The notes under the pieces: generated by a model
What the model was told of the DNA's origin: nothing
What the model saw: only the letters and a program-made list of their open reading frames with translations
Database searches by the model: none
Assembly (NCBI RefSeq): GCF_037042905.1
Contig: NC_087259.1
Span: 6,572,001 to 6,636,000 of the forward strand
DNA length: 64,000 nt
From: Lytechinus pictus
Taxonomy: Eukaryota
Direction of reading: 5' to 3'
Shown: one piece after another, positions 37,801-49,148 of the stretch
Layout of the letters: the number at the start of each line of letters is the position of its first letter
Numbering within the stretch: position 1 is the stretch's first letter
Position numbers and translations under genes: made by a program

Positions 37801-39642
37801 GCAATAGAAATACATATAAATGCCCGACATATGGTATAAGGCATTTTTATTACCTTTTTGTATTATACTGAAATTGTATCGTGTAAAAATTATGGTAATT
37901 CAGCCTTTCGCTGATAGTTTAATTTCATTGATTTATCCATATCTATTGAATAGATATGTTCAAAGTTATTATTTTCATGTCTGAGCTTATAGAAAAGGTT
38001 TCCATTTTCCTTGTAAACAAAACATTATGATTGACAAAACGTTTTCATGTTTTAGCTTATTGATGAGGCTACTCTGTGCTGTGCTTTTATTTCCAATTAG
38101 CCTAGATAGGCCTACTCAGATTTACGATTTTGACATTGGATGAACCTATAATAGTAGTACACTCTCATCGTGTCTTTAACTTATTATTTTCTAGTAGAGT
38201 GATAAAGATTACGAAAAACAGACTAACACATGAAAACACTATAGGTTCGTATTACTATTAAACAAGTAATACGCAAACCTTATTAGAAAAAAAAAACCAA
38301 ATCACATTTTGTATTACCGATTACAACAAAACAAATTTGACAAGATATACGTTAAAAGTTATGTAGACCTTATTTCTAAGCTTAGTATATATGATAGCCT
38401 TGAAGGCTATACCTTTTCCTTGCAAACAAACAAAATGATCGACAGATTCATCTCAAGTTATGCAATTCTATTTTCCTATTTTCTGAGTATTATTTTTAAC
38501 AGTTTACAAAGTGAAAGGGGCAATTGTATCACGGTGTTACATCTGCCCCCGAGGAGGGTGGCCACATTTGGAAATATTTTTTTTCCTATCAAACGTAGCA
38601 TCTGTATTCGTCGTTGAAATTTTATTCAAATCCAGGCCTAAGATCATACTTTCTAAACATATAAAAATGACACCTATTGCTTAAATTACATATTTTTACA
38701 TATGTGGAGGAGCCGTGGTGTAGTGGTTCTGACTCTCGCCTTGTAAACAGAGGGTCGTGTGTTCGAATCCCACCGCGGTCTGGCGTCCTTTGGCAAGGCG
38801 TTAATCCACACTTTGCCACTCTCGACCCAGGTGCTAAATGGGTACCCGGTAGGATGTGAAAGTCATTGTAGCTTGTCCAGTACTGTGTGCGCCTCACCAG
38901 CGACTGACTGGAATACTCCCAAGGGAGTGGAGGATGTGCACACATTGTGTGCGGGAATGACTGATTGAATCCGATGACCGGGGTAATAATATATCTGTAA
39001 AGCGCTTAGACACGTCGTTCCGATGTATTAAGCGCTATATAAAAACGGATTATTATTATTATTATTATTATATTTTTCCAGAAGACAAACATTATCTTAA
39101 AAAATCTAAAATCTTAAAATCCATATTTTATTGTTCGAAATAGACACCAGAAATGAAATACTCCGAAAATTTGTTTTGCCCAATTGATCGTGGGCCCGGC
39201 AGCCGCTGTGCAGCGAGGCTCTATCCCTTTAATTGTTGAACGCCACACAGGGTAGCAGCAACATTACATTATGTAATGTGAGATATTACTTTCCTACTAA
39301 AAAACCCTATTATTTTGCTGTAGAAAGTTTCGCGAACTGGTATATTTGCTTACACGATGAAATGCGCATGCTCTGTAAAAAGCTTATCTTTGTAAAAGTT
39401 TGTAGCTTGTTTCTGCTAGCAATGGGAACCTCTGTTACGTTTGCCCCGTGTTACAATTGTCCCCGATCTCCCCTACGAAATAATTTAAATTTTGTTATTC
39501 ATCACGCATACGATATCAATCTTCAAAACCGTGTATTTTGGGGGTTCATTAATGAAGGAATTAAAAACATCTTACCATTGCCTGCTAGAGAATTTCCGAC
39601 AGTTACAGCCAGCAGAAGGCTGATCAAGATTGCCTTTGCCAT
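25662..39642 (-). CDS. ZP-domain type I membrane protein, copy A (signal peptide + short mucin-like stalk + ZP-N/ZP-C + furin site + TM); 9 exons, about 408 aa
   Basis: Exons 39642-39576, 34624-34583, 33247-33188, 32335-32288, 31865-31687, 30695-30295, 28805-28709, 27270-27099, 25822-25662. All are GT-AG and phase-compatible; total 1227 nt with no internal stop. Ten ZP cysteines, DRCWATP, VYLHC, RARR and a hydrophobic TM are present. The N gap at 33570-33857 could hide a further small exon. Confidence 0.85.
26012..26275. mobile_element. hAT-like MITE with 8-bp TSD
   Basis: ttgaatat|caggggcctcgatcc ... ggatcgacgcctctg|gtgaatat; partial homologue at about 51243 in unit B, so it predates the duplication. 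Confidence 0.7.
27099..27270 (-). CDS. Copy A ZP-C end + consensus furin site RARR + EHP-like segment
   Basis: VYLHCDILVC...[13 protein letters not shown]...HTISNGP; aag acceptor, G|gtgagt donor, 172 nt. Confidence 0.93.
27325..27604. mobile_element. hAT-like MITE with 8-bp TSD
   Basis: ttacagca|caatggcggatc ... gatccgcctctg|tcacagca. Confidence 0.7.
27750..27880 (-). mobile_element. tRNA-derived SINE remnant
   Basis: Minus strand ggtggttcagcggtaga (A-box-like) ... gattcgatccc (B-box-like), then gagtcataccaaagactttt body. Confidence 0.55.
28709..28805 (-). CDS. Copy A ZP-C exon ([32 protein letters not shown])
   Basis: cacag acceptor, GAG|gtaagg donor, 97 nt, typical ZP-C FSxxAFxF motif. 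Confidence 0.92.
29147..29395. mobile_element. CACT-type MITE, TA target duplication, nested in a Kolobok-like remnant
   Basis: ta|cactcttaaaaatattggg ... cccaatatttttttacagtg|ta; empty site tcggtatgcaaatg at about 53260. Confidence 0.85.
29649..30067. mobile_element. Harbinger-like MITE
   Basis: ggccaccgtacatcttaggatcggt ... accaatcgtaaggggtgccgtgacc inverted ends; absent from unit B. Confidence 0.6.
30295..30695 (-). CDS. Copy A ZP-N end / linker / ZP-C start exon
   Basis: QTDTVIKYSNVV...PVIC...[10 protein letters not shown]...VYLGEPLYFGV...DRCWATP...FIRDG; 401 nt; GG|gtaagt donor. Confidence 0.95.
31687..31865 (-). CDS. Copy A ZP-N exon (ASVTCGSMSM...YDECDTQSE)
   Basis: tactaat branch point, ccacag acceptor, GAG|gtaaac donor, ZP-N Cys1-3; 179 nt, same length as the paralogous exon. 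Confidence 0.92.
32288..32335 (-). CDS. Copy A microexon 4 (48 nt; ISTTRHIPPAGTTIAP), mucin-like
   Basis: tttgtttcccatacag acceptor, G|gtatga donor; homologous to the 39-nt exons of copy B (shared TTIAP end and donor). Confidence 0.85.
32511..33134. mobile_element. Kolobok-like MITE
   Basis: ttaa|aggtcaagtccacc ... ggttgacttgtcat|ataa, with internal inverted repeats. Confidence 0.65.
33188..33247 (-). CDS. Copy A microexon 3 (60 nt; STTDDMTTIPPTSPPSPTIG), mucin-like
   Basis: tgtttcag acceptor, A|gtaagt donor, phase 1-1, Thr/Pro-rich. Confidence 0.75.
33363..33569. mobile_element. CACTGCAAAAACTCCGG MITE (runs into the N gap)
   Basis: Same family as 57736-57977. Confidence 0.75.
34583..34624 (-). 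CDS. Copy A putative microexon 2 (42 nt; DANINWYYSSMWPL)
   Basis: ttttgtcttcaacattcag acceptor, A|gtaagt donor, symmetrical phase 1-1, open in frame. No homology support. Confidence 0.55.
   Translation of the reverse strand: MLTLIGTTRQCGL
36360..37539. mobile_element. hAT-like element with 8-bp TSD and internal 105-125-bp repeats carrying GCGAGCGCGAAGCGCGAGC
   Basis: tacccaac|cggtggcgta ... tacgccactg|tacccagc. Confidence 0.8.
38706..39070 (+). mobile_element. Full-length tRNA-derived SINE with L2-like 3' tail
   Basis: A box tggtgtagtgg, B box gttcgaatcc, central cgacccaggtgctaaatgggtacc, and tail tgtaaagcgctta...taagcgctatataaa + (TTA)n. Confidence 0.85.
39576..39642 (-). CDS. Copy A exon 1: signal peptide MAKAILISLLLAVTVGNSLAGN
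   Basis: ATG in accATGG context, n/h/c-region signal peptide pattern, and a G|gtaaga donor in phase 1 that matches the downstream phase-1 exons. Confidence 0.75.
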
Positions 39643-40590
39643 GGTCTTTCTTGACAATATGTTGAACTCTTCTATTCTAACAAATGTTTGAAATGACCAG
39701 CTTCCACTATTTCCTGTCCATTCAACAGATCGTCTTATGCCAAGAACTGTTAACGTCTATGAAGGCTTGTATTACAAACTTCGATTTTTATCACAGATTT
39801 GAGATCGTAACATCTCCATGGCGTTCTCAGCAACTTCATGTTCGCGGAAGGATTTCGTTATCCAAGACAGGTTCAACCAATGAGGGACTCGAGATTCGCG
39901 CATGCTCAGCTAATCATGAAGTCCCGGCATGAAGTTGTAGGAACTGCATTGGACTACCGTTTCCAATGTATCATTAAAATCAATAAGGTAAATTATTGAT
40001 TATTTTTTTATAATTTTTTTAAAACTTATTCATGAAAGCCTTCCGATTATTCTCACCCCCTCTCTTGAATGGCTGCCAGATAATTCTAACCAGTTGATGA
40101 TAAAAAGAGCTATTGTTCGAACCAATGCCCTTTGTTTACAGCACTGTCTTAATGAATCCGAAATGTAGGCATACATGTTTTTTTTCTCGAAAATACTCAT
40201 ATTAATTACAGACTCGGGCCATTTACAATGGAATGTTCGTGTTTCTAACTGATCAAGGTGTATTTTCATTCGGATTATCCAGTATAGTTCATACAACTTG
40301 ACGTTTGCAAAAAGNNNNNNNNNNNNNNNNNNNNNNNNNNNNNNNNNNNNNNNNNNNNNNNNNNNNNNNNNNNNNNNNNNNNNNNNNNNNNNNNNNNNNN
40401 NNNNNNNNNNNNNNNNNNNNNNNNNNNNNNNNNNNNNNNNNNNNNNNNNNNNNNNNNNNTAGTAGTAAGTAGTATACTACTTTACTACATGTACTACTAT
40501 ACTACAACTACTGCTTCTTCTTCTAATGAGTATGACGATATACAATGGGCTAAGATAAAAATAATAATGGTGATGGTGGTGGTAGTAGGG

Positions 40591-40626
<36 letters not shown>

Positions 40627-41989
40627 AGCATGTAAGAAANNNNNNNNNNNNNNNNNNNNNNNNNNNNNNNNNNNNNNNNNNNNNNNNNNNNNNNNNNNNN
40701 NNNNNNNNNNNNNNNNNNNNNNNNNNNNNNNNNNNNNNNNNNNNNNNNNNNNNNNNNNNNNNNNNNNNNNNNNNNNNNNNNNNNNNNNNNNNNNNNNNNN
40801 NNNNNNNNNNNNNNNNNNNNNNNNNNNNNNNNNNNNNNNNNNNNNNNNNNNNNNNNNNNNNNNNNNNNNNNNNNNNNNNNNNNNNNNNNNNNNNNNNNNN
40901 NNNNNNNNNNNNNNNNNNNNNNNNNNNNNNNNNNNNNACTACTATTTCTAATTGCAATGCTCTACTTTTTTTTTATCACACTACTTCTTCTACTATTACT
41001 ATTTTGACTGACATAAAACCAAATAGATTTGAGGTTACCTAAATATAAAGCAAAAACATCAGTGGCATTGTCAGTGTGCAGTTTAGTTTGTTTATTTCCC
41101 TTGTTAACACCAAATTAAGTTCTCCAATTCAATGATGGTTGCAATAAGGCCAATATTGTCACATATTGCAGCATTGTCCACTCTTTCCTCTTCAAAATTG
41201 GGCAAAATAGGTCTAAATGAACGATTATTCAGCAATTCTATATTTCACCTTCCTGTATAAAAAAAAAAATTTACTCAGAAGGGGATCATTCATTGTTTTT
41301 TTTTTTTTTATCTCATCTTAATTCTTCAAAAAGCGGATTGGGATACATACATGTAGGCACGTACTTAGGTTTGTATTATCGAAATATTATCTCACATATT
41401 TTGTTTTATCTCGAGTGCTATTTGGCGATTAAATAAGCTTCAATACTAAATATCCGTCTATGACGTTATATCTAATCTCCAAGTATTTACATAATCATCA
41501 AGCCAAAACAATAAGCGTCTTGTTGGCTGCCTAAATCAAATAAAACGAAATCCAGAAGTGAGTTCAATGCACCAAGCAAACGTCAGCAAAATTAATGGAA
41601 ATTATGAAAAAATAAAGATAAAGGATGTTTACGTGATGATACCGGTCAGCTTGAAAATAAGGATAATAAGAACAATGATACAATAAATTATTATGTTATT
41701 GTCTTTATTATCTTTATAACAAAGATAATTTTGATTAGATTATTTTTGCTTTTTTACTTATTTACACAGAATAAACAAAACAAAATAATATCGTTTTGTT
41801 TATTCTGTGTAAATAAGTAAAAAAACAATACTAATCTAATCAATTTTTTTGTTTGTTATTTGTTCGGTATTCATTCACAAGTTTGTTTTGCCAGGTCACG
41901 ATTGGACACAACTTTCCTTATTGCCATACACTGCTGGAATGCATGCGAAATGCCTTTCTACCATTAGCACTACTACCGCAACCAGGATC

Positions 41990-42056
41990 TTGCTACTTCT
42001 ACTACTACTACTATTACTACTATTACTACTACTACTACTACTACTATTACTATTAT

Positions 42057-42112
<56 letters not shown>

Positions 42113-42780
42113 TACTACTACGACTACTTATACTACTACACTACTACTACTTATACTACTACACTACTAGTACTACTACTACTACTACTACTACTACTAA
42201 TACTACTATTACTACTATTACTACTACTACTCCTACTACTACTACTACTACTACTCTACTACTACTACAANNNNNNNNNNNNNNNNNNNNNNNNNNNNNN
42301 NNNNNNNNNNNNNNNNNNNNNNNNNNNNNNNNNNNNNNNNNNNNNNNNNNNNNNNNNNNNNNNNNNNNNNNNNNNNNNNNNNNNNNNNNNNNNNNNNNNN
42401 NNNNNNNNNNNNNNNNNCTAATGCTACTACTACTACTAGTAGTAGTAGTACTACTACTATTACTACTACTACTACAATTACTACCATTACTACTACTTCT
42501 AGTACTACTTCTCCTCCTCATCCTAATAATACTTCTTTTGTTACCGCTGCTACTATATTGAATTACCTGTTGCTACTACTTTTCAATGAAACAATGACGA
42601 TAACGTCTTTTACTACTAGTACTACAACAACAACAACAACTACTACTACTACTAATACTACTACTACTGTAACTATTACTGCTACTACTACTCCTACTAC
42701 TACTACTTCTACTACTCTTACTACTACTGCTACTATTCATAATACAGATACTACTTCTACTTTTACTACCTTGACTTCTA
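41990..42780. repeat. (TAC/CTA)n low-complexity tract (paralogous to 19113-20200)
   Basis: Directly visible; includes an N gap. Confidence 0.9.
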
Positions 42781-43830
42781 CTGTCTGGTGTGCTATCGTT
42801 TATTCTTCTCAAATGTCATACTGCCCCCATTTGTTTTTATGTTATTACCACAATAAAACGATGTTGCACTGTAATCGTTTGATTCGTTTCAAATTGTGTA
42901 TTCTCTTTTCTCATTTGGTTGTGAAATTTCAACTTTCGCCTATTTCAATTCTGTGCAATCATCAGCTTTGACATACTTTATCTGACAAAAATTATTGTAG
43001 AGGCCTTTTCGTATAAATAATGCAAAAGAATATGCATTGTTTTCTTTAATTTGTTTTATATTTTACACACTGAGAAACTTGAAGTGTGATTTGTAAGAGA
43101 CCGATTACGTGATTTCTTTTGCTTCGTTTTGCTTTATCTGTTGTTTGCTAGTTATGATTTCGATCGGGTTTCAATCTTCACATAAAGGCCAAATTCTGAA
43201 CTCGGGTTTAATTGCAATTCTGGTCCAAAGTTGTGGTTTAAGCCAATTGTTTTAGAAATATCAAACAGGAAAGATTCATTTTGACAGCAGGCATGGAGCT
43301 CACTTCATTCACTACTGCTTTGGAATAATAAATAAACCTCTTTTCTTCACAATCATATCTTTGAAAAATAACAAAAAAAATGCGTACAAATTTGATAGAA
43401 CTTTGTACATTTTCGGGTCCCCATAATTTTAGCAAAGAGGTATACAAAGTTCTGTAAAACAAACTTAAGAGTAAGGGTCATAGAGTCACAGGATGCAATG
43501 TCAATATAACGCGCTGTCTACTCTCATGAAAACCAAAATGTTGCACCGTGTCATATATACATGTATATTTGGTTCACTTGAATTTGTATTGTTAGCTGTC
43601 GTATCAATGAGGGCGACAACATCAGAATAATCAGCTAGGGCATGCGCATCCTTTGAAACAACTGCTCACATTCACTGCGTGTCATCAATTTATCATCTGA
43701 TAAGTCATCAGATCTGACAATTTTTCTCGATTTTGATTGGCTGAAAAGCACAGATGTTACCGCTATATAGTTACCAATAAGACAGACTTTGTCGAAAGTT
43801 TTAAAACGTTACTTCTACTCATACTTTTAA

Positions 43831-43870
<40 letters not shown>

Positions 43871-45336
43871 GCTGCTGCTGCTACTACTGCTATCACTTCT
43901 AATAATAATGATAAAAAGAAGAATATGAGTAATCGTAATACTTTAAAGTATAACTGCTACTATTATTATTACTACTACTAAATGATAATACATCTACTGC
44001 AGATATATTGCTGCTTTTATTTCTTTACTACTTTGTCATCCACCACAGTGAAAAAATTGTATTTCTTCACTCACTGCTATCGATACAACCACGTTTACTA
44101 CTATTACTGCTACTTTCTCATTTACTGCTTCTGCTAATTCTATATCTACTACAGTTGCTAAAACCATTCACATCCAAAATTTTAATCGGTGAAGTGCACA
44201 AAAGGGAAGTTTATCTTAATAGAAAAACCTAATGTCCGCTGGTACCACTTCTAACAAAAAGCCTAAAAACGTGCTTGCTTTGGCGGCTAGTAAACATCAA
44301 ACCCTTTGCACGCATCCATTCTTGAGAGCGCTGACGAAAACATCAATTGTTTTATTTTGTTTGTAATTTATTTTCGAGGTTATTGCTCCGAATTCCTCCT
44401 TTATTTTGCTGGGAAATAAAATAAAGTTTACTACTGATGTGAAAAAGTATTTGCATGTTTAAAGTAATGCATGTTTTTTTTTCATTTTCCCCCTTTTCTG
44501 TGACATGTTGCCTAAATGTTTCTGTCATGGTTACCATTTTCCTTGAATTTGACGGGCTGTCTATATTTGTTAGTATGGTAAATACTATTAAATGATAAAG
44601 TTGCCATAATATTTACTTCGTGCAATTGGACCGTAGCCTCGTTTCTACTTCATGTTAATGGGAGGTTGATTTTACTTTGAAAGAGTCTATTCTTTACGTT
44701 TGAATTACAAAATAGAAGAAAAACAAATTAGTACAACAAAGAAGCTCACCTTTGTTTCAACGGGATAATTCGGATATAACAAAATGATATGTAACTTCAA
44801 CCGCTACAGTATTGGATACTTTGTTGTCGTAAAAAGGATAGAAAGAAAGATATCAGAGGAGGATTAAGGGAAGGAAAGGAGAGAGAGACAGAATAGATGG
44901 TGCTAGACAGAAGTTAGGGAGAAATGGAGAGAGAGAGAAAAAGAGAGTGAAAGAGGTAGTAACAGCGAGGCAAAGAGAGTAAGGGGTGAAACGGATGGGG
45001 GAAAACTGAAAAGATATAAAATTGTAAATAGTATAGGGATAAGAGAGTTTATAAATATATATTAAAGAAATTTGACGTGATTTAAAGAAAAAAAGAATGA
45101 TAAAACAATCTCGTTTTTGTAGACGCCCCCCTTCCGTGGTCATTGTGATAAATAGTTCTCAAATGTAATCTGTCTCATCTCTTCCTACAAATAAACTTGG
45201 CACTAATTCCGTAAACAAGTATTCAATATTACAATATACTTTTGAAAATCCATTTTGAGTGGTGTGTGCAAATAAAAAAAAACCCTAACCGTCATAAAGT
45301 ATTAATTATGACTGCAATATGTTTAATTTTACTGTA

Positions 45337-45629
45337 AACTGTTAAAAACACACATATTTTACAGGAAAAAAAAATTCACAGGAAGCAATAACAGAATCAT
45401 TCTGTAAATTCTTAAAACAGGAATATTTTTGCAATTTAATAGAACACGTCTGCTTAAAAAGGGGAAAGGGGTATTATTTTAGGAAGTTTGTAAGGTTCCA
45501 TACACCAAATACCAATTCCCTATAATTGTACACGATAAAATGTAAGATTACGCAATTTTGGTGAGATTACAGGTGTTCTCGAGACTCTGCTGTAGGAACT
45601 TCTTTTTTTAAGGATAGATTTTCTAAGTG
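45337..45629. mobile_element. CACTG-type MITE (family of 4620-4926), unit-B specific
   Basis: Reverse-complement match (caggtgttctcgagactctgctg); empty site near 23690 in unit A. Confidence 0.7.
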
Positions 45630-47424
45630 TACTCTAAGCCTAAGGACGACATCCAATTGAAAATACTGTTTTACATTAGCAACCCTGCTGAATAGTACGT
45701 TTGCTGTTAAAACTTTTCCACAGTCCTTCAGAAAATTGTTTTAATATATACTACTATTAATATTACTCCTTTCAAAACTATCATTATTATTATTAATATT
45801 ATCATCATCATCATCAAAACAATAATACTGATATTGATGATAGTGGTAACAATAATAGTTAATGTCATAATTATCATGACAGTTTCTACGATCATCTTTT
45901 TTCACACCAAAATCTGCATAGGTAATTCATGCCCGCTTTCCTGCTCACATCTCTCTCTCTCGATTTCTTTTATTGCCTTTCTTCTTCCTGCCCTTTCCTT
46001 GCCCTACTTCATATGCGGATCCAGGGGGGCCGAAGGACCTCCCCCCCCCCCCCCCCCCTATTGGCGGAGCAAAAAAAAAGAAGGGGGAAAGAAGAGAGGT
46101 GGGAGAAAAAAAGAGGAGGAAAATAAGAGGAGGAAGACGAGTGAATAAAATAAGGTCAGGGAAAGACTTGGAACATTTAAAAAAATCTTTCATGTCACTA
46201 TATGAAATTTTCGCTCACGCTTCGCGCTCGCATTGCCTGTTCGATGAGATACATATCTTGCTCAATAGGCTGATATGAAGTTTCAGTATCAAGTTCTGAA
46301 GTCAATGTACAAAACATATTTCAGCTCGGACATCGAGCTTTCATTATTATTTTTGTCTACAGATTAGTTTTTTTAAAGTGCTCTGTAAAATATCCGTTTT
46401 AAGGTGTAAATATCAACATTTTCAGCTTGCTCTGTGCGTTTGCAATTTGTTTGGTGAGTTATATGTATACCTCTATATTAATTCTATAACAAACTACTTA
46501 AAATCCCCCTTTTATGACAGTTTGTCAAAAATTTCGACTCACGATTTGCGGTCGCATTAATTGTCAAAAATATATTAACCTATGCATTCTATTTATAATT
46601 ACAAAAGTGCTGAAAATGTCTGGCTTTCAGGCCTCAATATCAACAAATTTCTAGCTCTCATTAGGCTTATAAAATTAATAAATAAGATAAAATTTTCATG
46701 AATTCCTTTAGTGACTTAATTGTCCCTTTTTCAGCATGGAATATCGACAAGTTTCATCTTGTGCTAGGAAGAGGAATAGGAAGAAAGTCATCATTTTTAT
46801 ATAATGACAAAATGTCCTGAGAATGTCCCGGTCCTCGGTCAAAATAATCACATAATGATATGAAATATCAGCTCGCGCTTCGCATCATTAATTAAGTGCG
46901 ATCCACATCTATTTCACAATTTTCCTATGCAGTACTTGAAATAGTGCTTAAATCTACCATTTTCACATATGATTATCAAATATTTTCAGCACTCGCTTCG
47001 CATTATTGATTTTCCTGATAAAAGAACAGTATTCAGAATGCCCATAATCTGTCTAACTCTAACGCGCTGGCATGTTTATTGATTTACGAAGCTTGTTCTT
47101 AATTTAAAACGTGCTTAAAATACCCAGGCTTAGATCAGAATATCAAAGATTTTCTGCTCGCGCTTTGCGCTCGCATTATTGATTTAGGAATATCCCTAAT
47201 TACTCTTACTTTTTCATATGTCCCGTTTTTAAGTCGGAAATCTAAAATTTTCCGCTCGCGCTTCGCGTTCGCATCAATATTGTTCAGTTATATATGTATC
47301 CGTTTCATGATTACAAAAAAGGGCTTAGAATAATATCTTCTTTTTCTTAGGTCGACATGTCAAATCTTTTTAGCTCGCGCTTCACGCTCGCATTATCTAA
47401 TCCTTAAGATATGTATCGTCTTAA

Positions 47425-47776
47425 AGGGATGGTCTAGGCTGGAAATATTTATATCTCAATAAATAGAGTAAGACTCACAGAGCAAAATGCTGAAAATTTG
47501 ATCAAAATCGGATCACATATAACGAAGTTATTGAATTTTAAAGATTTGCACTATTCCGGTGAAACAGTTCTAGGCATGTCTTTATGAATATTCATAAGGT
47601 GAGCTGATGATGTCATATCCCCACTTGTTATTTTGTATTTTATTATATGAAATTAGGTTTATTCAAAAAAATTCTAACTAGAACTAAAACAATTGGATGA
47701 ACAACTGATTAAGTGCATTAGTTATTTGTTTACTCTATTTATCAACATATAAATATTTTCAGCCCGGACCAACCCT
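47425..47776. mobile_element. Kolobok-like MITE, TTAA TSD
   Basis: ttaa|agggatggtctaggctg ... cagcccggaccaaccct|ttaa; related fragment at about 24416-24650. Confidence 0.8.
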
Positions 47777-47804
47777 TTAATGGCTAACTGCAAAGAGTCC
47801 TTAA

Positions 47805-48387
47805 AGGAGAAAGAAACTCTTGGAGCAAGTTAGCTTTTGTGAAAGCAGAAAAATCAAAGAATAAGATCAACAAAAGTTTGAGTAAAATAGGACGAGCAAT
47901 AGAAGAGTATGAGCATTTGAATGTCGAGATCACTAATGCTATGGAGATCCTCCCATTGGCAATGCGACCAAGATCTATGATGTCACAGATGAACAACTCT
48001 CCCCTTTTGGACACTGAAAATATACCCCAGAACATCTCTTTTTGCTCATTCTAATCATATGACAAACGATTCATCAATTATATAATGTTGTGAAACCTCT
48101 GTACTTGTCCTCTCATACAGGGAACACCTCACCTTGTGATAGACTCTATAAAAGTGAGAATATAAGTGAAATAAGTACTAAAGTAATGAGGGAGTTGTAC
48201 GTGTGTGACATCACAGATCTTGGTCGCATTGCCAATGGGAGGAACTACATGGCATTAGTGATCTCAATATTCAAATGCTCATAACTTTCTTATTATTCAT
48301 TCAATCTTCCTCAAACTTTCAACAATTTGTTTCTTTGATTTTTCTCTTTGATATGGAGTCAGCTGGTTTCAAGGGTTTCATTCTCCT
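47805..48387. mobile_element. Kolobok-like MITE, TTAA TSD
   Basis: ttaa|aggagaaagaaactctt ... aagggtttcattctcct|ttaa; long internal inverted repeats. Confidence 0.85.
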
Positions 48388-49142
48388 TTAAGATGTCCCT
48401 TTTCGATCCGGCCAGAACGCATATTAAAATTTTCTGCTCGCGCTTCGCAGTAATTATGTAGGTACATACGCATCATGTTCAGGATCACAAACATTGCCCA
48501 GAATGTTCAATTTTCAGGACAAAATACATGAAATTTCAAAAAGTTTATCTGGAGCTTTGCGCTCGCACTATTTAAATAGGGTTTGTGAGATTTTTAAATT
48601 TATGTAGTTTTATAAGAATAAAGCTAATAAGTGACTGTTATGAGTACCCCATCAAAATACGGCGAAAGATGGATCCGCCCTTGCTATTTCTTTTCTCGTT
48701 TTGTATTTGCTGTATCTGTGTTACAGGCTTATCCCGCCACAAGCTTTTTGCTTTTAGGAAATTATGCCTTCTTCTGTTAAAAAATCTTTTACGAAAATTA
48801 TTTTTATGGATTAAATTGCAAATTGATATCATGTGAAAATGGAAGAAATTAATATTTATTTGAATTGAATTGAATTGAATCATCTTCTTCATCGTCATTA
48901 TCATTATTGATGTGAACATAGTATTATCATTATTATTATTATTATTATTATTATTAGTAGTAGAAATAGCAGTAGTTGTAGTAGTAGTAGTAGTAGTGGT
49001 AGTAGAAGTAGTAGTAGTAGTAGCAGCAGTTGTTGTTGTTTTTGCTGTTGTAGCAGTAGTCGGTGGTTAGGTACATATAGCAAACATTACAACCCGACTT
49101 AAAACAAGCAAAATACAGAAGGTCTACTTTATTTCTTGAAAA

Positions 49143-49148
49143 TTTATT
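49143..49148 (-). terminator. Putative polyadenylation signal (AATAAA) of ZP copy B
   Basis: Homologous position to 24097-24102, with downstream T/GT-rich sequence. Confidence 0.5.

Larger units (their letters stand above)
35900..39473. mobile_element. TA-flanked non-autonomous element (Tc1/mariner-pogo-like) with nested hAT-like element and SINE
   Basis: ta|ggggagcccgaggacaagtgtaaca ... tgttacaattgtccccgatctcccc|ta; internal copies of the tgttaca.ttgcccc motif. Confidence 0.7.
46010..48683. mobile_element. Large hAT-like non-autonomous element with GCTCGCGCTTCGCGCTCGC repeats, hosting two Kolobok-like MITEs
   Basis: catatgcggatcc ... ggatccgcccttg ends and many periodic motif copies; absent from unit A. 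Confidence 0.7.

Noticed and set aside
38706-38780. tRNA-like sequence
   Set aside because: It is the head of a SINE, followed by a SINE body and (TTA)n tail, not a standalone tRNA gene. The same applies to the remnants near 27850 and 51590.
39233-39691. 152-aa plus-strand ORF
   Set aside because: It overlaps a transposon end and is antisense to the signal-peptide exon; no recognisable domain.
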